DNA of 64,000 bases, taken from Gemmatimonadaceae bacterium (GTDB lineage Bacteria; Gemmatimonadota; Gemmatimonadetes; Gemmatimonadales; Gemmatimonadaceae). How positions within the stretch are numbered: the first letter of the stretch is position 1; every line of letters begins with the position of its first letter. The stretch spans positions 88,098-152,097 of the forward strand of contig JBOHTC010000236.1 of NCBI GenBank assembly GCA_050733495.1. The letters run 5' to 3'. A program made the translations under genes and the position numbers. The notes under the pieces are model-generated. The model was not told the origin of the DNA and searched no databases. It worked only from the letters and a program-made list of their open reading frames with translations. Positions 46,500 through 56,543 of the stretch are shown here, in pieces.

Positions 46500-46961
46500 A
46501 TGCGATCTACGCCGGATCAGAAAGATCCAGATTGGCCGAAGTACGCCGAGACCGTCGTGACCTTCGCAATCGATCCGCCGGTGGAAATCGATCTGCGGAG
46601 GATTCCATCCAACTCAGACCTCGCGGCACTAAAGGCTGCCGGATTTGGGAGACCGTTCGCGATAGTGACAGCGGTCGATCCAGACGGAAGAGATCTTGCG
46701 CAAAACGAGAATGAAGAGAGAATGCGCTCGCTCGGGAGACGATTACTTGCAACCGGCCACACTTTCGTGCGTGCGAATTGCTGCTCGCCCGATCGCTCTC
46801 ACTGCGAGGGCAGCGTCGCTGTGGTCATGCCGCAAACGGAAGCGCTTGATCTCGCACGAGAGCTGGAGCAGGTGGCGATTTTCTGGTTCGACAGCGAGAG
46901 ATTCTGGATTTTCGGAGCGATCGTCGAGACAGACCCTCTGATCCTTCCCAGGAATTCGTGA
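46500..46961 (+). CDS. DUF3293 family protein
   Basis: FAIVTAVDP..NE.R...E.S........LARELEQVAIFW pattern. Confidence 0.7.
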   Translation: MRSTPDQKDPDWPKYAETVVTFAIDPPVEIDLRRIPSNSDLAALKAAGFGRPFAIVTAVDPDGRDLAQNENEERMRSLGRRLLATGHTFVRANCCSPDRSHCEGSVAVVMPQTEALDLARELEQVAIFWFDSERFWIFGAIVETDPLILPRNS

Positions 46962-46974
46962 GGTCGCTCACACC

Positions 46975-47012
46975 AACAAAAACGGAGCTCCAGTCGGAGC
47001 CCCGTTTTGTTT
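46975..47012. terminator. Bidirectional intrinsic terminator
   Basis: AAAAACGGAGCTCC-AGTC-GGAGCCCCGTTTT, with A/T tracts on both sides, between convergent genes. Confidence 0.7.
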
Positions 47013-47032
47013 ATTGCGAACGAGCATGACGA

Positions 47033-48532
47033 TCAGGTCAACGGCTTGTAGCGGTATCCGTATACGCCGCCTTTCGCCGACGCGATCTTGAATGCCTTCG
47101 TGCTCTTTGGCGCTACCGGCCCTACCGTCTCAGTCTGGGTATCGATGACGTTGCCAGCCTTGTCGAGCAAGTCCATCGTCAGGGTGTAAGTCTTAGCCGT
47201 GGTACCGCGATTCTCGATGGTGCCGCCGATCGACGTGTCCGTCGGGCGCCGGGAGAATTCCGTCACGACGAGCTTCACCGTCGCGTTCTCGGACTTGGCG
47301 TTCCAGTAGACGAGCGAATCAGTGTAGATCTTCTGGAGCTTCTTGTCCTTCGTGCCTTTGTACATCCCCTGATAGGCGAACGCGTACAGGAGCTGGTTGT
47401 CGGGGTTGCTCGGATCCATCGCCACGAGCTTGTCGATCAGAGGAAATGCCTTCTGGAACTGGTTGTTCTGGATATATGTCGCCGCGAGGTTGTTGATCGC
47501 ATCGCGGGAGTAAGGGTTCTGTGCCAGCGCCGCGTCGAACAGCTTCGTCGCATCAAGTTGATGTCCATTCCGTGACGCAACGACGCCCGCGTGCACCAGT
47601 GAAAGCTCGCCGTATTTCGATGGATTCGAGAGCATGGATGCGTAAACGGCCGGAACCGATGCACTATCGCCCTTTTCGTCGTACATCATGGCGAGATTGT
47701 CGATTGCGTCGGCCATGAGAAGATCGCTGTTCGCGACCGCTATGTAGTCCTGCCAGTCCTTGATCGCCGAGTCCGCGAGGGCGCGCTTGGTCGCCCCAGT
47801 CGCCTGCTGTACTCTGTCCGACTGCGCCGATCCGATTGCGTAAAGCGTCTTTAAGCGCACGTCGGTGTAGAGCGAATCAGTACCTGCGGCAGCAAGCGCC
47901 TGCTTCCAGTAATTGTTCGCAGCGGCCATGTCCTTACGGTTCAGCGCCACAGAGCCGAGCACCGAGTACGCGTAAGGAGCACGCTTGTCCAACACCAGCG
48001 AGCGCTTCGCCAGAACCTCGGCGGAATCCAGCTGGTTGTCGTTCAACGCGTTGATCGCCGCGTTCAGCGTATTGAGCCAGGGCTTCTGTTGACGCCACTG
48101 GGTGGTCAGCGGAACGCACTCGGGAGATGCGTGCTCGACGATAGAGAACGCCGAGTCCGCACCGGCGAAGAGATCGACGGTGCCTGTGGGATTCGTCGTG
48201 AGGCCCAGCGCGCTACGCGGAACTACAGGCGGCGTGTTGGGCTGCATGAGGTAAAGAACGTAGGCTTCCCCCCTCAGATAGTTGCGGGCGGTAGGGTTGT
48301 CGTTGCCGTTGTCGACGAGACGGAGGACGTCCTGGATGTCCTTGGTCGGATTACCCTTTTCGACAGATCCGAGCGCGCGAGTCATCGAGAACTGCGCTTT
48401 CGCGATATCGCCCTTTGTGTTCGCAGTAGGATCGCACGCCGGCACCGCGGCGGTCTGGGCGGCGACTGGCAGCGCGCCAAGAACGCCGAGCGAGAAAACG
48501 GCCGCAATCCCATTCACTATGGCTTTCATCAA
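47033..48532 (-). CDS. Secreted TPR protein with C-terminal FxLYD-like domain
   Basis: Signal peptide, helical TPR repeats, GTIENRG..LLDKAGNVI Ig-like tail. Confidence 0.7.
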   Translation of the reverse strand: MMKAIVNGIAAVFSLGVLGALPVAAQTAAVPACDPTANTKGDIAKAQFSMTRALGSVEKGNPTKDIQDVLRLVDNGNDNPTARNYLRGEAYVLYLMQPNTPPVVPRSALGLTTNPTGTVDLFAGADSAFSIVEHASPECVPLTTQWRQQKPWLNTLNAAINALNDNQLDSAEVLAKRSLVLDKRAPYAYSVLGSVALNRKDMAAANNYWKQALAAAGTDSLYTDVRLKTLYAIGSAQSDRVQQATGATKRALADSAIKDWQDYIAVANSDLLMADAIDNLAMMYDEKGDSASVPAVYASMLSNPSKYGELSLVHAGVVASRNGHQLDATKLFDAALAQNPYSRDAINNLAATYIQNNQFQKAFPLIDKLVAMDPSNPDNQLLYAFAYQGMYKGTKDKKLQKIYTDSLVYWNAKSENATVKLVVTEFSRRPTDTSIGGTIENRGTTAKTYTLTMDLLDKAGNVIDTQTETVGPVAPKSTKAFKIASAKGGVYGYRYKPLT

Positions 48533-48680
48533 GAATCTCCCTGCTTTCTGATGGGTGGGTTTGGATTAGCAGTCGGATAATATACCGCCCAGCATTCTTC
48601 GTTCCTGCCAGAGAGCAAAAATGGGCGTTGGCCGCCCAGGCTCACGGACGGGTATGCCTGGCATTCGTATATTTTCGTGA

Positions 48681-50030
48681 ATGCGGCGGAATCCCATCGT
48701 ACTCATCCACGGTTATTCGGATGATGGCGGAGCGTTCGACAAGTGGCAGGGCCTTCTCGAACAGCACGGCTATGACGTGGCGATGCTTCATGCTTGCACC
48801 TATCGCTCGCTAGCGAACGAAGTGTCGATCAAGGACATCGCCGAAGGATTCGATCGTGCGCTCAAGCTGCAGGCTGGATTGAGCGAGGATGAGCCGTTTG
48901 ACGCGATCGTGCACTCCACGGGAATGCTCGTGATTCGCGCGTGGCTCACTGCCTACGACGACCGCCGTCAGCGACTCAAGCATCTCATCGGGTTGGCGCC
49001 CGCTACTTTCGGCTCGCCGCTCGCACACAAAGGCCGCAGCTGGCTGGGCGCTCTCTTCAAGGGGAACCGGCATCTCGGTCCGGACTTCATGGAGGCTGGA
49101 GACAAGGTTCTGGACGGACTCGAGCTCGCCAGCCGCTTCACGTGGGATCTCTCGCACCTCGACCTCCTGGGCGAAGAGACCTTTTACGGCCCCACGCGAC
49201 GCACCCCTTACGTGTTCATCTTCAGCGGCAATCAGAGCTACGGTGGATTGCGCCGGCTCGTCGACAACGAGCCCGGGAGCGACGGAGTGGTCCGATGGGC
49301 CGCCTGTCCTCTGAATACGCGAAAGATCATGCTCGACCTCACCCAGGCCCCGGCTCTGGAAAGATCCGAGCAGCGGATCTCGGTGGCCGAGTGGCGGAAC
49401 ACCGATATTCCGCTCATCCACATCGAGGGCAAGAATCACGGGACCATACTGTCCGATCCGGGAGATGCGCTCATAGAACTGGTGGATGGCGCGCTACAGG
49501 TTTCGAGTGCAGCGGCTTTCACCGAGTGGATCGACGATGCGCTGGAACGAAGCCGGCCCGCGCGAGCAAAGGTCGACGAATGGCAGCAATTCGTGATTCG
49601 GGTCGTAGACGAGCGTGGTGACCCGGTGCCGGATTACAACATCCAGTTGTTCCGTAGAGGTACCAGCGCGTCGGATTCGGGAATCCACCAGTTCGATGTC
49701 GATGTTCACACCTACAAAGGCGACTCGAGTCTTCGCTGCTTTCACGTCCGACTGTCCGATCTTGACTACAAGAGGCTGCCGAACCTGTGGGTCCGCGTGA
49801 TCGCGACGTCGGGGTCGCAGCTCGTAGGCTATCAGGGTTTCGGCAGCGAGAAATCGTCGGTGCAAACAACCACGTCCGACGGGAAATGGGATGCATCGCT
49901 CAACATTTCCTCCCTGGTCGACGATACGGGAATCAAGTTCTTCTATCCATTCACCACGACGCTCGTCGAGCTGAAGCTCAATCGCGAGCCATTGCCGCTC
50001 ACGGGGAAAAATGAAGTCTGCTGGTTCTAG
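48681..50030 (+). CDS. Alpha/beta hydrolase (lipase/esterase-like) with extra C-terminal domain
   Basis: LIHGY oxyanion motif, IVHSTG nucleophile elbow, SDGVV, NHGTI. Confidence 0.75.
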   Translation: MRRNPIVLIHGYSDDGGAFDKWQGLLEQHGYDVAMLHACTYRSLANEVSIKDIAEGFDRALKLQAGLSEDEPFDAIVHSTGMLVIRAWLTAYDDRRQRLKHLIGLAPATFGSPLAHKGRSWLGALFKGNRHLGPDFMEAGDKVLDGLELASRFTWDLSHLDLLGEETFYGPTRRTPYVFIFSGNQSYGGLRRLVDNEPGSDGVVRWAACPLNTRKIMLDLTQAPALERSEQRISVAEWRNTDIPLIHIEGKNHGTILSDPGDALIELVDGALQVSSAAAFTEWIDDALERSRPARAKVDEWQQFVIRVVDERGDPVPDYNIQLFRRGTSASDSGIHQFDVDVHTYKGDSSLRCFHVRLSDLDYKRLPNLWVRVIATSGSQLVGYQGFGSEKSSVQTTTSDGKWDASLNISSLVDDTGIKFFYPFTTTLVELKLNREPLPLTGKNEVCWF

Positions 50031-50667
50031 TAACAGTCTCAATCGCACGGGGGTCGCGCACTTGCGTCGCGTCGATCCGGTGATGGCGCGAGTGATCGAA
50101 AAAGTAGGACGGTACCGCGGCTGGCCAGACAGCGCCGGCACGCACTTCGACGCGGTCGCGAGATCGATCGTATTCCAGCAATTGTCCGGAAAGGCGGCCG
50201 GCACGATTCACGGGCGTTTTCACGGATTGTACGGTGGCCGACCACCGCGTCCTGAGGAGCTCGCCGCGACTTCCGACGAGCAACTACGCTCTGTCGGACT
50301 TTCGCGTCATAAATCCGCCTATCTCAAAGACCTCGGAGCGCGTGTCACATCGGGAGAAATACCGATCGAGACGCTCCACGAGCTGACCGATGACGAAGTG
50401 ATCGCGGCGCTGACGCAGGTCAAAGGCATCGGCCGCTGGACGGCGCAGATGTTCCTCATGTTTCGACTCGGCCGGCCGGATGTCCTGCCCGATCTGGATC
50501 TCGGAATTCAGAAGGGAATTCAGAAGGCGTACCGTTTGCGAAAGCTTCCGGCGCCCGAGCGCGTCAAGAAAATCGGCGTGAAGTGGGCCCCTTATCGAAC
50601 AGTTGCGTCCTGGTATTTATGGCGCTATCTCGATACAGAGGTGGCTGTGCCGCGTTCGTCCGGCTGA
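50011..50667 (+). CDS. DNA-3-methyladenine glycosylase II family (AlkA-like)
   Basis: SIVFQQLS, VKGIGRWTAQMFLMF.L.RPDVLP..D, WAPYRT. Confidence 0.9.
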   Translation: MKSAGSSNSLNRTGVAHLRRVDPVMARVIEKVGRYRGWPDSAGTHFDAVARSIVFQQLSGKAAGTIHGRFHGLYGGRPPRPEELAATSDEQLRSVGLSRHKSAYLKDLGARVTSGEIPIETLHELTDDEVIAALTQVKGIGRWTAQMFLMFRLGRPDVLPDLDLGIQKGIQKAYRLRKLPAPERVKKIGVKWAPYRTVASWYLWRYLDTEVAVPRSSG

Positions 50668-50778
50668 GAACCTACAGTCATTGAACGAGATATCGGCGCG
50701 GCAGGGTTCTGGCATTAAGAAATGAGTGCCGCAACCTCGCACGAGTCTGCGCAAGATTTTTCACCGTAATTTCACAGT

Positions 50779-52146
50779 ATGTCCACGGCACACGCAGAGA
50801 TTGAATCTTCCGCCGCCCTGTTAGACGACAAAGCGGCGTCGCGTTGCAGAGCGGTTCTGACCGCACTTTTCGGCGAGCCCGCCAAACGCAAGTTCGATGT
50901 GAGATTCTGGGACGGGACGGTCGATCGTGGCGCCAGTCCCAGTCCCCCGTTCACGCTTGTCCTGAACCGGCCGGCGGCACTCAGGCGAATGCTCCTACCG
51001 CCGAGCGAGCTGTCGATCGTCGAGTCCTACATCGGCGGTGACATCGATATCGACGGCAGTATGGAAGCTGCCTCCAACCTCGGCGAAGAAATAGGCGAGC
51101 GGCTCCATTCTCCACTTGCCATCGCAAAGCTCGTTCGGCTGGTGATCGGACTTCCCGGTCAGGCCGAAGATGATCTCGCCGACACGCGATTTCCCGAGCA
51201 CTCCCGGAACCTGGGCCCCCGCCACACGCCTGTGCGCGACAGAGCGGCGATTCAGTTTCACTACGACATTGGCAACGAGTTCTACAAACTCTGGCTCGAC
51301 CGGCGCATGGTTTATTCATGTGCGTACTTCCGCTCGCCGGATTACACTCTCGACCAGGCGCAGGAAGCGAAGCTCGATCACATCTGCCGGAAGCTTCGGC
51401 TCAAACCCGGTCAGCGTCTGCTGGACATCGGCTGCGGATGGGGCGGCCTTATCATGTACGCGGCCGAGAATTATGGAGTTGACGCCACGGGAATCACCTT
51501 GAGTGAGAACCAGGCGGCGCTCGCGCGCGAAAGAATCGACAAAGCCGGGCTCGGCGATCGCTGCAGAGTGGCAATCCGCGATTACCGAACGCTCGTGAGC
51601 GACGATGCTTACGATCGGATCGCGAGCGTCGGCATGGTGGAGCACGTGGGACTAAGCCATCTCCCTGTCTACTTCGAATCCGCGTATCGCGCGCTCAAGC
51701 CTGGCGGGCTTTTCATGAATCATGGTATCGTGAGTCTGAGCGAAGCGCGGCCGAGATCGTTGGGTGAGAATATCTTCCGGAGATTCTGGAAAGCGGACGC
51801 GTTCATCGACAAATACGTATTCCCCGACGGGAAGCTCACCGCTTCGCGAGACGTAATTGGCGCCGCTGAAGCTGCAGGCTTCGAGGTTCGCGATGTCGAA
51901 AGCCTGCGCGAGCACTACGCGATGACGTTGCGTCACTGGGTGCGCTCGCTGGAAGAGAAGACCCAGGAGGCAACGGCCCTCGTCGGCAAGCACACCTTCA
52001 GGGTCTGGCGCCTCTACATGGCTGCGTCCGCCAACGCCTTTACAACAGCGGCGATAAACGTGTTGCAGACTTTGCTGGCGAAGCCAGATGCGCGCGGGCG
52101 CGCGCAGATTCCGCTCACTCGCGACGATCTTTACGCCGAGACCTGA
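50779..52146 (+). CDS. cfa: Cyclopropane-fatty-acyl-phospholipid synthase family methyltransferase
   Basis: FHYDIGNEFY, MVYSCAYF, LLDIGCGWGG, SVGMVEHVG, REHYAMTL. Confidence 0.85.
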   Translation: MSTAHAEIESSAALLDDKAASRCRAVLTALFGEPAKRKFDVRFWDGTVDRGASPSPPFTLVLNRPAALRRMLLPPSELSIVESYIGGDIDIDGSMEAASNLGEEIGERLHSPLAIAKLVRLVIGLPGQAEDDLADTRFPEHSRNLGPRHTPVRDRAAIQFHYDIGNEFYKLWLDRRMVYSCAYFRSPDYTLDQAQEAKLDHICRKLRLKPGQRLLDIGCGWGGLIMYAAENYGVDATGITLSENQAALARERIDKAGLGDRCRVAIRDYRTLVSDDAYDRIASVGMVEHVGLSHLPVYFESAYRALKPGGLFMNHGIVSLSEARPRSLGENIFRRFWKADAFIDKYVFPDGKLTASRDVIGAAEAAGFEVRDVESLREHYAMTLRHWVRSLEEKTQEATALVGKHTFRVWRLYMAASANAFTTAAINVLQTLLAKPDARGRAQIPLTRDDLYAET

Positions 52147-52203
52147 TCATAGAAGCTCTCCTTGTGGTACATTGGGTGGACACAATCCGTTTTGGAGAGC
52201 AGC

Positions 52204-52575
52204 ATGGCTGTAAAAGTCGTCACCAAGCCGGACCGGAGATACTTCCAGGACCGAGACGGAGCATTTCGTCCGATCGAGAACCTGAGCATCACGGCCGCAA
52301 CCCCGGTATATCCGGCCGTGCTGCACAAGACCCGTCGCACGATGATTCTCGCCGATGATCGCTCGCACGCAGTGGTCGCGCTCGACAAGGAGCAGGTCGT
52401 TGCGCGAAATGCCGCCCTTTCAGCGATTCTCATCGCGTACCAGGAGCCGACCGAAGTCACGTGGAAGGCGCTCGAGCGGCACATGGAAGCCGAAGATTCC
52501 ACCGCGGAGCTCGTGCGAGTAGCAAAGAGCAAGGCGTCGCTGGACCGGAAGAAGAAGGTCACCGAAAGCCGGTAG
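52204..52575 (+). CDS. Hypothetical protein
   Basis: GGAGA RBS before ATG; ORF fills the gap; no recognised motif. Confidence 0.6.
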   Translation: MAVKVVTKPDRRYFQDRDGAFRPIENLSITAATPVYPAVLHKTRRTMILADDRSHAVVALDKEQVVARNAALSAILIAYQEPTEVTWKALERHMEAEDSTAELVRVAKSKASLDRKKKVTESR

Positions 52576-52577
52576 GG

Positions 52578-53648
52578 ATGCCGGTTCTTTCCAGACGGCA
52601 AAGTCTGGCTGTTCTGACAATCGTTGGCGCGCTCGTCGGATGCGCAGCGCCCCCGCCGTCACCTCCAAAACCTGTTGTCGTCGGTCCACCAACGGACACG
52701 GTAAAAATTCCGCTCACCGATCTGCTGGCGCGGACCTATTACGGGAATGCTGGTGGCCTCTATCCCGGCGGACTCAATCAGCCGCCGCCGGACCACGACT
52801 CCGCGGCTCGGGCGCGCAGAAACACCATCAAGCCGCTCGACGTTAACGGTGATGAGAGCCCGTTCGGCAAATACGTACTGCTCTCGATTGGAGGTTCTAA
52901 CGCTACCCAGGCCTGGTGCTCGAAGGGCTCGGGCCCGCCGTGCGGTGCATGGACCTTCATGGGGGAAGCCGCGGCAGATCCGAGCGTCAATCACTACACG
53001 CTGGTCATCGTGAACGGCGCCGCCGATGGCCAGGACGCTACATCGTGGACATCGCCGAGCTCACCAAACTATGACCGGATAAAAGTGGGGCGGCTGACGC
53101 CCCTCGGACTCAGCGAAAATCAGGTGCAGGCGATATGGGTCGACCTCGAAGACGTGAGTCCGAAGGCATCGCTGCCGGCCGACACCGCTGATGTCTACGT
53201 ACTGCTAAATAGACTCAGTCAGACCATGCGTGCTCTCCGCGTTCGGTATCCGTACCTGCGGATCGTCTTTGTCTCGAGCCGCGTGTACGGCGGCTACGCG
53301 GCTACAGATCTCAATCCCGAACCGTACGCGTACGAGAGCGGATTCGCGGTCAAGTGGCTGATTGAGTCGCAGATCAACGAGATGCGCGGGCTCGCGCCGA
53401 ATCCGCACGTGGCTACGCTCAACTACACAAAGCGGCTTGCGTCATTGGTCTTGTCGGGACCGTACATGTGGGCTAACGGAACGGTGCCGAGGTCGGATCA
53501 GCTGGTTTGGACGCGCGCTGATTTCGAAGAGGATGGCACGCACCCGTCGCAGAGTGGCGAGAGCAAGATGGCTGGGTTGTTGCTGGATTTCTTCAAGAGC
53601 TCGACGTATGCAAAGTGCTGGTTCACCGTCAATCAGTATTGTCTGTGA
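52578..53648 (+). CDS. Lipoprotein, possible SGNH-hydrolase fold
   Basis: SRRQ plus LVGC lipobox; SIGGSN (block I-like) and EDGTHPS (DxxH block V). Confidence 0.6.
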   Translation: MPVLSRRQSLAVLTIVGALVGCAAPPPSPPKPVVVGPPTDTVKIPLTDLLARTYYGNAGGLYPGGLNQPPPDHDSAARARRNTIKPLDVNGDESPFGKYVLLSIGGSNATQAWCSKGSGPPCGAWTFMGEAAADPSVNHYTLVIVNGAADGQDATSWTSPSSPNYDRIKVGRLTPLGLSENQVQAIWVDLEDVSPKASLPADTADVYVLLNRLSQTMRALRVRYPYLRIVFVSSRVYGGYAATDLNPEPYAYESGFAVKWLIESQINEMRGLAPNPHVATLNYTKRLASLVLSGPYMWANGTVPRSDQLVWTRADFEEDGTHPSQSGESKMAGLLLDFFKSSTYAKCWFTVNQYCL

Positions 53649-53746
53649 TCGGGGCCGACGAGTTGCTCCAGTTCCTGTCGGTCATTTTGGAAAGTATCCA
53701 CCCTTCCGGAATGACGAGATCATCCACTCGCAATGAGAAAAGTCAT

Positions 53747-54253
53747 ATGCCATTGACAGAATTCGAGGACCTTCCTGACGATGCACGGACGTGGGTGTTT
53801 GGCAGCGACCGGACTCTCGACCGATCCGCATCGGATTTCCTTTTGCGCGAAGTCGATCACTTCCTCTCGCAGTGGAACGCGCACGGCGCGCCGTTGACGG
53901 TTGGTCGCGATTGGCGTTATGGCCGCTTTCTGACCGTCGCTGTCGACCAGTCCACAGCGGGCGCGTCGGGCTGTTCGATCGATGAACTCTTCCGTTCACT
54001 GAAAATCCTCGGTCCGCGACTTGGAGCGAGCATGGTGACGAGTGGTCTCATCTTTTATCGCGATGCCAAAGGCAAGGTCCAGTCGGTTGACCGCGAAGGT
54101 TTTGTGGAGTTGAGCGCCGAAGGCAGGATCAAACCGAGTACGAAGGTTTTCGATCCGACGGTGGTGACGCTCGGCGAATGGCGCGCAAGGTTCGAGCTCG
54201 AAGCGGCGAAATCGTGGCACGCCGGGCTTTTGCGGGAGAAGCAGCGCGCGTGA
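53747..54253 (+). CDS. Conserved hypothetical protein (ASGCSID motif)
   Basis: RTWVF, WNAHGAPL, ASGCSID pattern of a widespread uncharacterised family. Confidence 0.7.
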   Translation: MPLTEFEDLPDDARTWVFGSDRTLDRSASDFLLREVDHFLSQWNAHGAPLTVGRDWRYGRFLTVAVDQSTAGASGCSIDELFRSLKILGPRLGASMVTSGLIFYRDAKGKVQSVDREGFVELSAEGRIKPSTKVFDPTVVTLGEWRARFELEAAKSWHAGLLREKQRA

Positions 54254-54672
54254 AGTCACACACCTCGTACCTCACCTTCAACACGAAGAAGCGGCACGAG
54301 ATCATAGACATAACGGAAGAAGTCGAGAAGTGTCGCGCGGCCGCGGGCATCAACGAAGGAATGGTTCTCGTCTCGGCGATGCACATCTCGGCGTCGATCT
54401 TCGTAAACGATCACGAGCCGGGATTGTGGAAGGACATCCTCGATTGGCTGGAGAACAGAATCGCGCCCTGGTCGCCCGGGGAATATCGGCATAACACTGG
54501 AACGGGCGAGGACAATGCGGCGGCGCATCTGCGCTCGCTAACGATCGGACACGAAGTGATCGTTCCGGTTACGAAGGGGAAGCTGGATTTTGGCCCCTGG
54601 CAGCGGGTTTTTTACGGAGAGTGGGACGGTCAGCGTCCCAAACGCGTGCTGCTCAAGGCGATGGGCGAGTAG
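54250..54672 (+). CDS. yjbQ: YjbQ/UPF0047 family protein
   Basis: HISASIFVND.EPGL, YRHN..GEDNAAAHL, LDFGPWQ..FYGEWDG. Confidence 0.9.
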   Translation: MKSHTSYLTFNTKKRHEIIDITEEVEKCRAAAGINEGMVLVSAMHISASIFVNDHEPGLWKDILDWLENRIAPWSPGEYRHNTGTGEDNAAAHLRSLTIGHEVIVPVTKGKLDFGPWQRVFYGEWDGQRPKRVLLKAMGE

Positions 54673-54916
54673 CGTCGGTCTTGTCGACCGCCTCCTCGGC
54701 GCCAATGAAACCGATCCGACTGTGGGTGCCGTCGCAGAACGGCTTCACTACAGATCCGCCGCAGCGACACAGGGAGATTCTCGTCACGCCTTCGGGCGTG
54801 GTTTTCCTTCGCTCATTGGGAATGGGAATCGGATTTCCCTCGTGGTCGACGAGCTTCACGTCGCCGTAGACTCTGTAGGGACCGTTCTTTCTGACTTCGA
54901 TCGTGACGTCTGACAT
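54653..54916 (-). CDS. CDGSH iron-sulfur domain protein
   Basis: NGPY.V and LCRCGGSVVKPFCDGTH. Confidence 0.9.
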   Translation of the reverse strand: MSDVTIEVRKNGPYRVYGDVKLVDHEGNPIPIPNERRKTTPEGVTRISLCRCGGSVVKPFCDGTHSRIGFIGAEEAVDKTDATRPSP

Positions 54917-54995
54917 TTGTACGGAGTTAGGAAACTTGCGCCGACCCGATTGCACTCATGTTACTACGACCCGACCAAAGTTGCATAGGGCTTAG

Positions 54996-55502
54996 TCACA
55001 TTCGGAGTGTACTAAGCAACATATCGTGACTCCACTGATCCGCGAACCCGTTCTGCCTCAGAACTGTAGCGATCTGCCCCCAGTGCCTGATTCCGTGCAG
55101 GAAAACGTTCGAGGCGATCTTGTACTTGCTCGCCGTGACGAGGCCGGCAGTGAAGGTGCGAAAGGTGAGAACTCGATCCAGCTCGGCTTCCGCCGCCGTG
55201 GTAAGAAACTGCACCAGCAATCCACGTGCGTCGTCACCCAGCCCGAAGACATCCTCGATGGAAGTCTGGCGAAATTCTTCCCACTCAGTGACGTCCTGAT
55301 CGAGCAAGCGCTGAGCATACCGAAGCTCCACGGCGAAGATGTGCGTGACAACTCCTCCGATGGTGGCCATTCGGCCCGTCGCAAACGGAACGGCCCATGC
55401 TTTGGGGTGCTCCGTAAACCAGTCGTGCCAGCGATGGTGCTCCGCGGAGGTGAGCTCGAGGAGCGTCTCATAACTCAGCGCGCATCGATCAACTGCTCTC
55501 AC
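54996..55502 (-). CDS. DinB family protein
   Basis: VTHIFAVE, LHGIRHWGQIATVLRQ. Confidence 0.8.
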   Translation of the reverse strand: MRAVDRCALSYETLLELTSAEHHRWHDWFTEHPKAWAVPFATGRMATIGGVVTHIFAVELRYAQRLLDQDVTEWEEFRQTSIEDVFGLGDDARGLLVQFLTTAAEAELDRVLTFRTFTAGLVTASKYKIASNVFLHGIRHWGQIATVLRQNGFADQWSHDMLLSTLRM

Positions 55503-55936
55503 GCTCGCAGGTGATCGCCGCGCCAGTTTCGGATCGCGCGCTTGATGTCGTTCTGAGTTTTCAATTCGCCGTTCAGGGTACGGCGCATGAGATCAGGTAC
55601 TTCGTCGTCGGGCGCGAAACGGATCGCCACGAGCTGCGCAGGCGTCAGTTCCGCGATTCGTCCGCGAAGATCGGCGGGTACAAGTCGGTCCAGGCGCGTA
55701 CGTTCCTCTAGACGAATGAGACGATCCTGGGTTCTGAGTGGCATGCCACGCAGGAGCAGGACGGCGAGAAAAAGTGCGAGCGCGACCACGACGGACCATC
55801 CTGTAGAGACTCGCACATCGCTAGCGAAGCGAACAACGGTAACGATGACGTTGATAGCCAGAACCGGCAGCGCAAAAAAGTGGAAGGCGGGAATGAACCG
55901 CCGGTGAGTCGCGTATGTTTGCGTAGCCTGCGCCAT
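55499..55936 (-). CDS. DUF6526-like small membrane protein
   Basis: QTYATHRR..P.FH, two TM helices, QDRLIRLEE, QLVAIRFAPD.E. Confidence 0.75.
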   Translation of the reverse strand: MAQATQTYATHRRFIPAFHFFALPVLAINVIVTVVRFASDVRVSTGWSVVVALALFLAVLLLRGMPLRTQDRLIRLEERTRLDRLVPADLRGRIAELTPAQLVAIRFAPDDEVPDLMRRTLNGELKTQNDIKRAIRNWRGDHLRA

Positions 55937-56001
55937 TGCTGGTCTCCTATGTCGTCTCGTCGAGTGGATGAACTTACCACTCGCCTTGGGATGCGCGAGG
56001 C

Positions 56002-56457
56002 CTAGGTCGTCCTGGTTTCCGCTTCGCGCGCGTAGCGCTTGAGGCGTGCGACCATCGCGGTGAGTCCGGGCTCTCGCGTGGCCAGACCGATGCTTTCCAT
56101 CAAAGTGCTCACGAAGTCGGAGGGAATTCCGAGCGTCGTCGAGGGCGGCTGTCCATTCACCGCGCCGAATACTATCGCGAGCACCGCTGCGATCGTCGGC
56201 GACTCGCGGACATTCAAGTCGGCGTGGAAGTACATTCGCCCGTCCCGGATTTCCGGAATGATGTCGACGCGCGTCTGGCACTCTGGAACGGTGAAAGATC
56301 CACGATCGAGATCCCTGAATCGCTCTGGGAGCGGCTCGAGCTTTTTAGAGTACTGAACGAGGGCCTGCATTTTTTCCTCCCGCCCCATCGCGCGAAAGAG
56401 TCTCAGCACGCGCTCGATGGACGGAGGAATTCCCAAAGCGGCGGGAGCGTTCTCCAT
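56002..56457 (-). CDS. SufE family sulfur acceptor
   Basis: VPECQTRV with conserved Cys; TPxEI-like region. Confidence 0.75.
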   Translation of the reverse strand: MENAPAALGIPPSIERVLRLFRAMGREEKMQALVQYSKKLEPLPERFRDLDRGSFTVPECQTRVDIIPEIRDGRMYFHADLNVRESPTIAAVLAIVFGAVNGQPPSTTLGIPSDFVSTLMESIGLATREPGLTAMVARLKRYAREAETRTT

Positions 56458-56543
56458 CCGCGCAATCTAACCCGGCCAATATGCCAGCCGCATTCGCCCT
56501 GATTACCTTTCGCGAACTGGATCAACGCATTCGGAGAGGGTCG

